Source of the DNA: Sedimentisphaerales bacterium
GTDB lineage: Bacteria > Planctomycetota > Phycisphaerae > Sedimentisphaerales > SM23-30
Length of the DNA stretch: 64,000 nucleotides
Assembly: GCA_963663965.2 (NCBI GenBank)
Contig: CAXXFK010000021.1
Coordinates: 1-64,000, forward strand
Reading direction: 5' to 3'
Both the position numbers and the translations under genes were made by a program. Under the pieces are notes generated by a model. It was not told the DNA's origin. It was given only the letters and a program-made list of their open reading frames with translations, and ran no database searches. Position 1 is the first letter of the stretch. The number at the start of each line of letters is the position of its first letter. Of the stretch, positions 29,810 through 42,700 are shown one piece after another.

Positions 29810-30100
29810 CATAGGTCACCAACTCGACTATCACTTCAGGATCGGCCTCATCCACCGGAGTCACAATTGTCTTTTGCTCAATCAGCGAGCCATTATCATC
29901 ATAAGCGTATTGGATCGTCCGGTTATTTTTCCCCCAGATCGCTTCAGCACGGCTCTCTAACGCATCGTACAATTGCGACTGATCGGCCATAATCCGCATA
30001 TCCCACGGAGAAATGATAAACAACAGTACCAGCAGACCAGTCACCGATCGATGGAACAGCCTTAACCGGCCACTGGATATCTGACCGGGCCGTCCAGATC
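29810..30100 (-). pseudogene. Head of the orphan Rhs module interrupted by IS256
   Basis: Near-identical to ~19854-20111 (RLRLFHRSV.GLLVLLFIISPWDMRIMADQ...YAYDDNGSLI); continues at 25069 after the IS. Confidence 0.85.
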
Positions 30101-30202
30101 AACAAAATTCATGTTATTGTTTGATATTGCTTAAGTCAATAATCCGACAAATATCTTGCTTAGTATTAAAGCTAATAATTTAATAGTTGTCTATTTTATT
30201 TA

Positions 30203-30727
30203 TCAAGCTGTTTCATAATCAATCCATTTTTCAGTAGACAATAAACACTGATTGCATTTAATTGAAATCCATATCCAATCGAACGAATCAGGCCAATCAT
30301 TAATACTGAAATCACCATTAACTTCATTTAAAAATTCATTTTTACTAATGTATGATAATTCGATGTCAACTGAATGATAACACGAATAACATGATTGACA
30401 ATCCCATTCTATCATTTGAAGTTTAGATGAAATATCTTGCATTTCATTGCGGCATATGTAACCATCCCATCCATGTTTATATTTATCAAACAAAATATAT
30501 TCAGAATTACATTCTTTGCATCTAATTTTGATACGAAATACTGATTTATTATCAATATAAGATGCCGTTGGATGCTTATTTCCATTAACCATTTTGACAT
30601 TACCAGGGTAAAATAAAATAAACTGTTCACACATACAAATACACTTGATGTGGTATTTATATATCAAATTATCACCAGCCAGTTTTATTGGATAAGCAAT
30701 ATTTCTTAAATGTTTCGGGGGTTCCAT
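30203..30727 (-). CDS. Cys-rich putative cognate immunity protein of the giant Rhs toxin
   Basis: Starts 16 nt after the Rhs stop; AT-rich; several CxC/CxxC pairs; ends WIDYETA. Confidence 0.72.
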   Translation of the reverse strand: MEPPKHLRNIAYPIKLAGDNLIYKYHIKCICMCEQFILFYPGNVKMVNGNKHPTASYIDNKSVFRIKIRCKECNSEYILFDKYKHGWDGYICRNEMQDISSKLQMIEWDCQSCYSCYHSVDIELSYISKNEFLNEVNGDFSINDWPDSFDWIWISIKCNQCLLSTEKWIDYETA

Positions 30728-30743
30728 ATTTCAATCTTTATTT

Positions 30744-33700
30744 CTAGTATAATTGTCCTATTTCTACAACTTCGAATTTGTTTAAACGGTCACCTAATAT
30801 TTGTCTATAATACCAACCTTTTTCAAGTAGTTCAATATCATTTTGACCTGGACTAGGAACTTCAAATAAATTTAGTTTGCCATTAGGAAGAACTTCTGCC
30901 CAGTCTGGCATTTTCCTAGATTTTATCGCACCTTTTGTTATTCTACTTATAGATGAGTGAGTGTATATCTCATCCGCAAATCCTAATTGTTGCCTATTTA
31001 CTACATTCCATTTTATTGTTGCCCAATGTTCATTAAATGTTGGATGTGGTTTAGACCACATGACTTTCGTTGTTAATGATTTCATTGTAGACATACCAGC
31101 CAAAGTGGAGCCTAAGCTCAAACCAGCATTTATTGTATTTGAAGCATGATATGCCATTTCGATTCCATCAAGGAACCTTTTCTCTGCTAATAGGCTATTA
31201 TACATTACAACCTGGTTATTATAACCTAAGTTAATGTAGAAAGTTTCAGCCATAGCCCTTAAGTCAGGATCTTTGATTTCAAGCAAATCTTTCTCGTATT
31301 CATCTCTGACTTGACCAAGATATGATATCGCATCTGGTTTGCTACAAGATTCTATTGATCCAAGATCTTTTTCTAACTTGTTTCGATAACCGCTAGTAGC
31401 AGACAGAATTGTTCCAAAAGCAATAGACAATATAGTTGTAACAACCATTAATTCTGTGACAGTAAAATGCCCACTAGGATCAACCCCATTGACCGGATTC
31501 CCATGACAATACAAATACTTATGCAGCGACTGCGGATCGCTGATATTCCCGGCGTAGGGATCCATCCGGTTAAACCGGCCATTGGCGGGATCGTAGTAAC
31601 GGGCGCGGAGGTAGTATTGGCCCAGGGCGCTGTCGTATTGTTCGCCGGTGTAGAGCAGATTGGTGGCCGGGGCGGCGGTGGGATTGCCGCCCAGCAGGTT
31701 GCCGTAACCGTCGTATGAATAGGCCTTTATTACAGTTTGATCCTGATTGACCAGTTGCCGAGTGGAACCCTGGCCATCGTAGAGCAATGTGTCCGGCGTC
31801 GTATAGCCATCCAGCGGATTGTCATCCTGGGCCAGTACATCATCGCCGATAGTATAGGACCGGATGGAATCCGGACTGGTTGTTGCCGGATCCGGATCAA
31901 CCTGATTGTAGGCCAACTCCGCCGCCACCTGGGCATACCCGGTCGGATTGGCCGGATCGATCAGATAGAATGTCATCTGAGGATTATTCCGTGCGGTTGG
32001 CTCATTATCGACCAGGGCGGGAGCCGTATATTTCAGCGCCGAAACCCGGATCCCTGCCTCATTGTAATCGTATTCGACAATCTCGAGTTCGCCGAAACCA
32101 TCATTTGTGACCACCCGTTCCAGCCGATTCTGTAAATTGTACCGATAGCTCACCGATTCGCTCTCGGCGCCGCTATCGAGCGTGAGTCTGGAGATCAGCG
32201 AGCCATTGTCATCATAAGCATACTGGATCACCCGCCCATTCCGGCCCCAGTCACAAGCGCTGATCTGGTCATAACTCACCGCCGCCTGACAGCTTTGCCG
32301 CAGCATGGCCGGCGAGATAATAAACAGATACGCCAGGAAGACCGATATCCCGCGCGTGGCCAGACCGAAGCGGGGCTTGATTTCACAGCCTTGGCCTTTG
32401 CGAACATGATAAATAATCGCCGTGATTAACACCGGCGCCAGCATCATCGCCAGTGTGATGACCAGGAGCAATTGCCAGAGGTAACGGTCCATCCGGGTGG
32501 GCAATCCCATCGCGAACGCCTTAAATCCGCCAATACGGCCTTCATGCCCCGCCATGGTATAGGTGATGTCGCCATGATCATGATACGCGTAAATCCGATC
32601 CTCTCCAATATCATAAGCACAAACAGGCCCCGATTGTGTTTCATATTCCAGTTGATCACGATCGTTGTATGAATAAGTCGTTGTCAATTCCTGACCGCCA
32701 ACGGTTACAGTTCGACTGGAGCGATTGCCGACAAGATCGTACCCATATTCGATTTGATACTCATCACTACCGCCCAATAACGAGCTTTCATCTATCAGAC
32801 GATTCAATAAATCATAACTATATGTCACAACGCGATTTTCAGTGCTGCCGTTTTGTTGGACTTGCTCGGTCACGCTATGACGAAGACCATCCGCATAATG
32901 CGTATAAATAAAGCTGCTTAATACTCCGGGATTGGGATTGGTCAATGCGTCATATTTCGAGTCATAATTATGCAATCCCGTCAGGCGATGCAGGGCGTCA
33001 TAATGATAACAGGGCGAAACGGAATTGCCCAATTCCATAGATTTTCGACTGCCCGCCTCATTATAACCATAGCGGTTATTCATTGCCTTAAGATTGTCGT
33101 TAGCGCTCTCTAAGCGATTCAGGCAATCATACTCATACTGAGTATCGCTATATACGGTAGTACTGTCATCCCGCTTATGTGTCCAGGTTCGATTCTTTTG
33201 CCCCGTAATCAGGTTATAGCCATAGTTTACCACACCCTGGGGCGTTGTGATCGATTCGATCTGGCCATCGAAATCATAATCAATCTCTTCCACCACTACA
33301 GGATCTTCGCCGGCAACGGTTTTGGTTGTTTGCCATAGTCGTCCAAGGTTATCATAATCGTAATGATATTTTTCCGACCAGTTGTCTTCAGAATCATCAT
33401 AGTTCTGATTCAGATAATTGCCCTTATCGGTATCATCTTCGGCGTAATATCGCTTTTCTTCAAGCCGGCCGTCATTATTATACAAATACGCCACGGCCTG
33501 TTCTTCGTAATCGGTATGCAGCTTTAACCGATTCTGTTCATCGTACTGCCAGGATTCAAAGAGGGTGCTTCCGTGGTTCGTATTCAGTTCATTGTATATT
33601 TCATCAGCAGTATCCAATTCCTCAAATGCCTCAATGACCTCCACGTCTGAATAGTTATCTGAATACAGGAAAGGCTGATACTGGACTGTCTGCTGCTGGA

Positions 33701-36700
33701 ACTCATTATATTTAGATACTGTTATTCTCCAAAGCGGATCAATTTTTGCAACCTGGTTACCGTATTGATCGTAAATATAACGATAGCTCGGATGTTCAGT
33801 TCCATCGTCCGGATCGGGCAGGGTAACTTTGATTAACTGACCGGTTACCGGATCATATTCATACTGCTTCTTATCATTATTTGTAAGCGCCCCAAGAGTT
33901 TTTATTGTCGGTTCGGTTTCCCATTCCTTCCGGCCATAGACATCATATCCAACATGAATAAATGTGATGCCAATACCGTCAACACTGGGCAATTGGGTCG
34001 TGATCAGTCGGCCCTGTTCATCATAAGAATACTCGGTTCGATGCGCATATCTGTAAATAGGGCTGCCATCCGGTTCTGAAATTCCGCCATTCGCATCAAA
34101 AGAGCCAGGCTCATAAGTATATTTTCGTTGATTGCCATCATAAGCCGTCCGCGCGGTATACTCATAATCATAATCCGCCACAGCGATCGAATTCAGATCG
34201 GTATCGATGACATGCCATTTGCCCTCGAGGCGATAGTCCGTTGTATCATCCAGATTAAAGGCCTGATGATCCAGCGTCATAATCTGGCGGCCGGCCAGGT
34301 CGTAGCGATAGCCGGTGACGCGTTCGTAGCCGCCATCATCGAGTACGACCGCTCTCGATGTTCTACCGGCGCAATCATATTCGGTCCGGGAATAAGACAA
34401 CTCATTTCCCGCAACCGGCTGGACACGGGTCTGCCCATCCACCACCCACCAGGCCAACTCGGATTCACCCGCATCCTCACTCGAAGCCCAGGCGTTACCG
34501 GCGATGTAATTGGCTGGCACCCGTTTACCGGCAACCCGGCACGTCTTGTCGACAAAAGTTTCCAGGTGAATCCGCACATTGGCCCATCGACGGGTACGCT
34601 CAACCTGGCCCAATGCATCGTAGACGGTTTCAGTGGCGGTAGCAGGCTGGCCGTACTCGTGGGTATCGACCGACACTAAGGTCCGGCCTTCCACATCGTA
34701 CAAGGTTTGCGATACGGTCAAAATATTGGCAGGATCATTTAAATAGCTATCAACATCGATCCCGGACGCAGGCGCCCGGGCCGTTACGGTTTCCACTACC
34801 TGGCCCAGTTCATCATAGTAATACCGGGTGAGATTCCGGTTTTCATCGATGGTATAATCAACCTGGCCGATACAGTTATAGACCGTTTCACTAAGCGTTC
34901 GCTCACTGACCTGGGTCATATCGCTTTCATCGTAGACTAACTGCTTCGTTTGGGTGGTTCGCCCTTGCCGGTCCAGGGTCGGTTTATTTAGAATCCGTTT
35001 AATGACCGACGTTTCAGCCGGATCTTGCCATCTCGTCCAGCTTTCCACCTGATTGCCATTCGCATCATATTTGCTGAACTGGCGATAGACAGGCGTCTCA
35101 TTGTATCGATGAGGTTCGCTGACACTATAGGGCTGATCGAAGGAATTGCTTACATCTACATTATACCAATACGTGGTATAAATTTCATTTTCATTGGTCG
35201 GATTGTCATCGATATCCTGAATCACCTGACATATCCGGCCCTGTTCATATTCATACTCGGTCCGGGACAGGATGGCGCCGGGAATCTGCAATATCTCACT
35301 TACTGGTAATATGCCTGCGCTATTGGCAAAATACTGGGATTCCGGTTTGATCTGTGCAGTGGATCTCAAGAAGTCACGATTTTCAAGGTCCACACGATAT
35401 TCATTTACAGTTACCGATACCGGATCGTAACTGACTAACAATCCGTCACCGTTCAGGGCAGCATTTTTTCCGGATATGGAAACGTCCACGCGCCCTTTTT
35501 CATCATAAACCGTAATCGAGACATTATTGACCGGATCGATTGTCACTTCATGGTACAGTTTGGATGTGCCGGGATAGTTATAATACTCATAACGCGTTAC
35601 CGCATCAACCGGAACTTCCGGGTAATTTTCCGGATTGGGAACCTTTTGCGTCACACTGGTCGGCCGGTCCGGCTGCGCCACACTCGAATAACCATATAAG
35701 GTTTCTCGGGCAGGTGCACCCGATACGATTCGGGTTTCTGATACAACGTTGCCGCGTTCATCGTATGCGTAAATAGTTGGATTGGTTTTATCCGGGTCAC
35801 TGCGCGAATACACGGTCTCGGTTTTGCCCGAGATAGCGTGACTAAGGGTAATCTGGTTGCCTTTCGCGTCGATGGTCCCGGTCAGCCGGCCCTGGTCATC
35901 ATAAAGATAACGGATCGGTTTCAAACCGCGTGGATCGATAATATCGGTGATATAATGATCTTCCGGTGTAAACCGGGCAATCAACTGTCCATCCTCATTG
36001 CGATTTTCACCGTCATAACAATATTCAACCGTTTCCTCAGGCTCGCCGGTTTCATCCAGTTTATGAACATATTTCAGATTACCCGAACTGTCATATTCAT
36101 AACTGAGCAGCGGCGCCTGAGTATGATTGGGAGAATTAACCTTGGATATCCGATTATCTTCCCAATCGAGTGTAATCGATTTGGAGAACGATGTATTACC
36201 ATTTAAACAGGATTTAACCTCAACACAACGCGGATGCTCGCCGTCGGAATTCTCATCATAAATAAATTCAATCTTATCGCCACTGGTCATCTCGATAGAG
36301 GCCAGGAAGGGCTTGCCATATGCCTGATATTCAAACAAATCTTCTTCCTTTAAGGCATTATCATATCCCTGCACAAAATGACTGCCATAATCTTTCCGCT
36401 CAAAGTTATAAACCGTTCCATCTTGCAGGGTCAGTTTATACCCCGGGAAATCCTGAATACCAAGATTAAGTGGCGCATTGCTTATTAGAGGGATATTATA
36501 TTTATTGCCAATAGCCCAGAAATAGCCGACTCCATACATTCCACCACCATAGCATAATTTGCAGGTTATGGATGTTTCTAAAACGTCATTTACTCCATCG
36601 GGAGCCTGATAGACGACTTTCCAGTTATTAGTGCCGGGACCGCTACATGGCAACAGTGTATAGGCAAACACAACTCGTCGGCCATCCGGTAGCGTCAAGG

Positions 36701-39700
36701 TCACATCACGATCAAAATCTCCTCCCATGCGGCACGTCCATTTGCCATTGTCTTCGCTTTTCGTTATGCGTCGCTCATTCAGTTGCATATCCAGATTGGC
36801 AAATGAATAGCTCCAGCCATAACCAAATTCGCTATCATAATCTTTATGCAGACTGTTATAGGTCCGCGACACTCGGATAGGGACTCCTCCAATTGGAATT
36901 ACCAGATCTTCCTGGGTAAATTGCACATTACCTATCTTGAGAGAACTGCTTAATGCAATTTGCGTTTCGTCGGTATCATAATGACCGTGGCATCGGACAA
37001 CCAGTTTCAAATTATAGACACCATTCGGTACATTAGTTAAATCCAACTCGCCCAGTATACCTGTGTCATTCTCATTTCCGATACGTTGTCTTCGATACCC
37101 ATTGATTAAATATCCCGGTGTCAGATTTCGATAGAAGGTTCCATTATCATCAAAGATTTCGACCAAATATTCAATATCGCTATTGGCCGATCTATGATAC
37201 GCCTTACCCATTAAGGTAAACAGACCATCCTGAATAATAGTGGGCGGCGTTCCATCTACATGAATATTCAATAAATTATTATCACCAAACAGATCATCGT
37301 CATCATCAACTGGATTCAAATTGCTGATTTTCGCCACCGGCTTACCCAATGCTAATATAAATTTCACTGTCTCGGCTAAGGGATTTCCAGAGACATCATA
37401 CAATGTTGCAATCCAGGTGCCATCATCCTCTTCAGTCAAATCGCTCAGCCAGGCATCATCTGTAATATAGGTAGTTGCGTTCTGGTCATCCGCTTCAAAT
37501 TCATATCCATTACTAAGGACAATTTTACTCCAGGGCACTGTCATATTGAAGGTAAGTACTTGTGGGTAGTCTTCGACAACTCGGGGAGATACTGAAAACT
37601 GATTTTGTACTCCAAACTGTTTAGTCGAACTGCTTCGATTGCCGGCATTATCAATCGCTTCAAGTGTTAATGTATAACTTGACCCATTTCTTAAATGAGC
37701 CGTACTGAATTCACATGTTAAAGCATTACTGTGTTCGACACAAAGTATTTGCCCATTGCTCAATTTCAAGATCATCACTTGAATGCCGGAACCGCCATCT
37801 TCATCATGAGCATCTGCATTAACGGTTATCGATCCTGTCACTGAGTTGTCATTATCGATATTACTGGCTCTATTGTTATAGGTACCGGTAAAGCTATCGA
37901 TCGTCGGCGCCGCTTGATCTTCGCCCCGGGGAAGAACTGAAACGGTTATCGAATCTGAAATATTTGAATCCTCATTTGCAACTATCGTCATATCATAATC
38001 AGACGGTTCCTGGAATGACACGAACGGATTAATCACCGTATTGGATGGATCAAAGGCAATACCGTTAGTAATCTGCCATTGGACTTGAGTATCAGCAGGC
38101 AATACCCAGGCATCCTTGAGCCATATCTCATTTTGGGGCCATGTTACCGTTTGGTCTTCCCCGGCATTAACCAGGATTCCTTCGGTATCGGCACCTACAT
38201 ATATTACAACAGTATCAGTCGCCGTATCATCCTGACTTAAGGCAGTAAGCAAATGATCTTTTACAGATACCGTAATCTTATACAGTCCTGGCCTATTAAA
38301 GGTAATTTCAGGATTATCAGGTGCTGTCGTATCAATTGAGTATATGTCTGGCTCTGCAGTCCAGATGACTTCTAAGCCATTATCTCCAAGAACCAGAATA
38401 TCATCTTTGATGATCACATCATCTAAAGATATACTGACTTGCGCCTCGGTTAAAAGAATTGACCGGTTACGACCGGCATAAACGATCGGCAAGCTATTTT
38501 CTGGGTAAATCTCAATCACCATGAAATCAGATCCAATAAGCTGATCCTCACTGGATGGACCCTGAGTTCCCAGATCCTCATACACATTCAAGGTTACGCG
38601 ACACTTACCACTAGTTTGAATACCCTCTTCGAATGTTATGATATTTTCATTTTCTCCAGATCCGGCAGCTGCAGTGAAATCAAAATCACTTGCATACTGC
38701 CAGGCTAAATAATAACCAGAGACGCCCTGGTAAGCGATGGGAAGGTCACCAAGAATCATTGGATAAATTGAGACCGGCTCCTGACCCGCAATCCAAGTAC
38801 GATCCGGCCCAAGATCAACATATATACCTGATCGGTTAATCGTTGCGATAGCAGATGAACCGGTAATAACCGTGTTATCCTGAGAAGACAAAAGTTCAAG
38901 AGAAAAGACATATTGACCCGGATTATTAACGAGCGCTATGTAATCCACTTGATGAGTATCTGGATTGAACCGGGTTGTTATTTGAACATCATCCGGTGTT
39001 CCACTGTGATACCAATTATAATAAGTAGCTTCTTGATCTGCTCCCAATTCGGGTTGTGCGATCAATAAGATTTCTACCGGATTGTCATCAATCTGAGTCG
39101 CTACTGCTGGTTCAATTGCAGCCGTTATGGATATGGCCGGCTCCCAGGATATGCTTATAACCAGTGAGTCCATATCGATAATAGCATCGTTTTCATCCAG
39201 GGCCAGGAGATACAACGGATAGTCACCTGCGCCAGGCAAAGTAATGCTTGTATTCAAGTCACTATCATCTTCCAGCCAGATTTCTTCGGTTCCATAGTAC
39301 AGCCATTTTGTCCTGGGAGTTGTGCTCATACCCGATAACTGCACATTCAAGTTGTCTTGAAGAAGATTGAGAGAAATATCTTCGCCGGCATCAACCCAAT
39401 CCGGCGAATATAGATCCTTCGACCCGGAAATAGATACTTCCAATATGTCGATAGCTACTAACTGTGAGGTATTATCATAAGCCGATAAAGATACCTCATA
39501 AAGTCCCGGAGCTAAGCCAGACACCTTGGCCCAGGTCGATAACTGCTGTGCATTGCCAAACTCGAATAAACCATTTGGCGAGCTCCACTTAAATGTATAT
39601 TGACTGGGATCGGCTCCCAATAGCGTTCCTTTTAAATTTATATAACCCGCAGGCGCATCATTTTCTAAACTGGCGGATAACTCAATCGTGGATTCCTGAA

Positions 39701-42700
39701 CACAGATTTCCACATAATCCGCTCCTATCATATCACCGTAAGAATTTGTGGCTATTAATGCAATTTGATAGTCGCCGACTTTACCAAACAGAACCTCAGG
39801 ATTAAGAGTATGGTTTTCAGCTTCATACATCATAAAACCATCAGGACCACTGATCTGCTGCCAGACAATAGCATACGGCACTTCACCAGCAATGGAACCC
39901 TTTAATTGAGTTCCTGCCACAAAGCCCGGCGAACCCAATTGTAAGATCTGATCCATGCCGGCTTCAACCGTAACGACCGGATGATCGACTAATACGAATA
40001 CGGTATCTGAACCGACAAGTCGCAAATCACGTAAGACAGTAAATTGAAATTGATATAATCCCGGTTCAGAGAAATTCACTAATGTATTCGTTTGTGATGG
40101 ATCGTTAATATGAGCTGAGGACGGTCCTGATATGACAGACCAACTGGAAGTATAGCTGGCGTTCGCAATACCATTAATCATTCCTGATAGTTCTACATCA
40201 CCCCCTAATACAATATTTTGGTTCTTCTGATAAACCTCATCATCAATTTTGATCTGCGCTTGAATGACTTCATTTCTTGCCAGAGCAATCCAGACCGTAT
40301 CGCCGCCCACTACGCGACCGACATTATCTTTGACTTTCAACAGTAATCGATAGGTCCCCGGCAAGTCATAAGTGAATGTGACCTGGGGATTCAAAACACT
40401 TGAATTTGAAAATGCCACATTACTGCCTTCTGGCTGACTGATCACGGACCATTCATAACTGATTTCAGACATACTATTATATGGAACATCTTTGAGCTTG
40501 ACATAAGCATCATCGAACCATACCGACAGTTGATTTTGTCCAACTGGATAATCGATGATTCGACTCACGCCGGCAGATATGGTTAACGGTGAATATTCGT
40601 AGGCACCGAAATCTATGTTGGAATTACCAGACTGCTCATTATACATAATGCGAGGTTGATCATTGATATCGATATATAGATCACTTTCGACAATTTCACA
40701 ACCTCCCCTGATCGCACCTGAAGTATTTAATAAAGAATTAAATATATTTTCGTTATAGAAATTTTCATCTATGTCATCACGATTAATATTAAATCCAGCT
40801 CCATCACATCCATAATAGAGCTTTCCATCATCCCCAGGTATCAAAATATTATTAAATATTTGCGGATATCCATAAGGAAACGATGAAAAACTATTATATA
40901 TTCTATAATTACTTTCTGAAGGCGGATTTTCAATAAAAGGACTATCGATAGTATTATTCCATATCATCCCTTCGCCACATGCTTTATACAAAAACAATTG
41001 ATGATACATTCCTTCGCCATTATCTGATACAATATTACCAATAATTCGAGGGGTTCCAGCATAAGTATATCCATCAAAATCATCGTTCTCAAAACATATA
41101 CCATATCTTGAATTATCAAAGATTTGATTGCAACTGATAACTGGTCCTGATTGACCGCACGTATAAATGCCACTATGACTATTTCCATAAATAATGCAAT
41201 TCTCAATCCTGGGCGATGCCTCATTAATACAATTTATTCCACTTTTTCCACCCATAATTGATAAGCCTTTTATAGTAGAATCATTATGACTTATCTCTAT
41301 AATATTAAGACCTGCATCCGGCGAAATAATTGTTGTGTTTTGGACCTCATCCCAATTATCTGGCTGCACACTTCGAATAATCATCGAAGGGTACTCATTT
41401 GAAAGTATTATTCTTTCGTTATAATCACCGGCTCCAACGATAATTTCTTCATCATTACTGACTACTTCACTTACAGCCATTGATATTGTTTGATATTTCT
41501 TGCTTTGAGTAATATTAATAACCGTAGACTCGCCAGTATCAAGTAATTTGGGTTCCAGGTAACTTTCTAATGTTGAATTATTAGTACTACTTGTCCAGCG
41601 CCCCCAAACCCATACATTACCGAAACGGTCTTTAGCAAAACTAACCCGATTACCAGCAGATATGGAAATAACATCAGACATATCAACATTACATACTTTT
41701 ACCGGAGTAGCCTTGAATTCGTTTCCGCTACTATTACTTTCAATGCCTAATTGACCATAAGAATTATTACCCCATGACCATACATTTCCATACTTATCCA
41801 ATGCTAGGCTATGATCAATACCAGCATCGATTGAAATAATATTCTTAAGTATGTTCGACCCCTGTTCACCGTTCTCGATAAATTGTTCACCGCCATTTAC
41901 ATATATCGGTTCATAAGCCACCTCGAGTTCAGTATCGTTAGTTCCTAAAAGACAATTATTTGGATAGCAAGAATTTAAGCCCCAAGCTAACACTCGGCCA
42001 TCATATTCATTACTATCGATATCATCTAACATCTCTAAGGCCAACACATGATCCTTACCTGCAGATATTGACACGATATTCTCTAAATAATCTGAGTCAT
42101 TGTACAGTTGACTACCACGATGTACAGGTAAAGGACTCACAATATTGCTATTAATAGACCCAATACCTAACATACCGCCATAATAATGACCACATGAATA
42201 CACCTTTCCTTTACCATCTCGAATGATGCCGTCGTCAAGAAAGAAAGTTCTCCAGAAATGCGAAGTGCTGATATTTATTACATTTTGAAGCGAACTAACA
42301 TCATTAATATTCTTGGGTAAGGCTGTATTAAAATATCCATTCGAATCATCATCACAGCCTGATTCTCCATCAAAGCTGCATCCCCAAAACCAAGCGCGCC
42401 CTAACGAATCATAGGCAAATCGGCTATGAGCATTTGATGCCATACCAATAATTATAGGTTCTGTTACTATTCCAAAATCCATTTTTTGAGGTATTCTTGT
42501 ATTGCCAAGACAATTACATAAACTTATATCATAATCTGACCATCCCCATGAATACAGATTACCACTTAAATCAATCGCCATTGAGTTATAAGCGCCAGTT
42601 GATATAGCAATAATACCAGTCAAATAACTACCAGAATTTTGAACATTACTATGAACGAGTTGAAAATATGGATACCAACTCGAATCATAAGTATTATCCC

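Noticed and set aside
16226..32600. CRISPR array or integron cassette array
   Set aside because: The repeats are long coding Rhs segments. No short regularly spaced repeats, attC sites, cas or integrase genes were seen.
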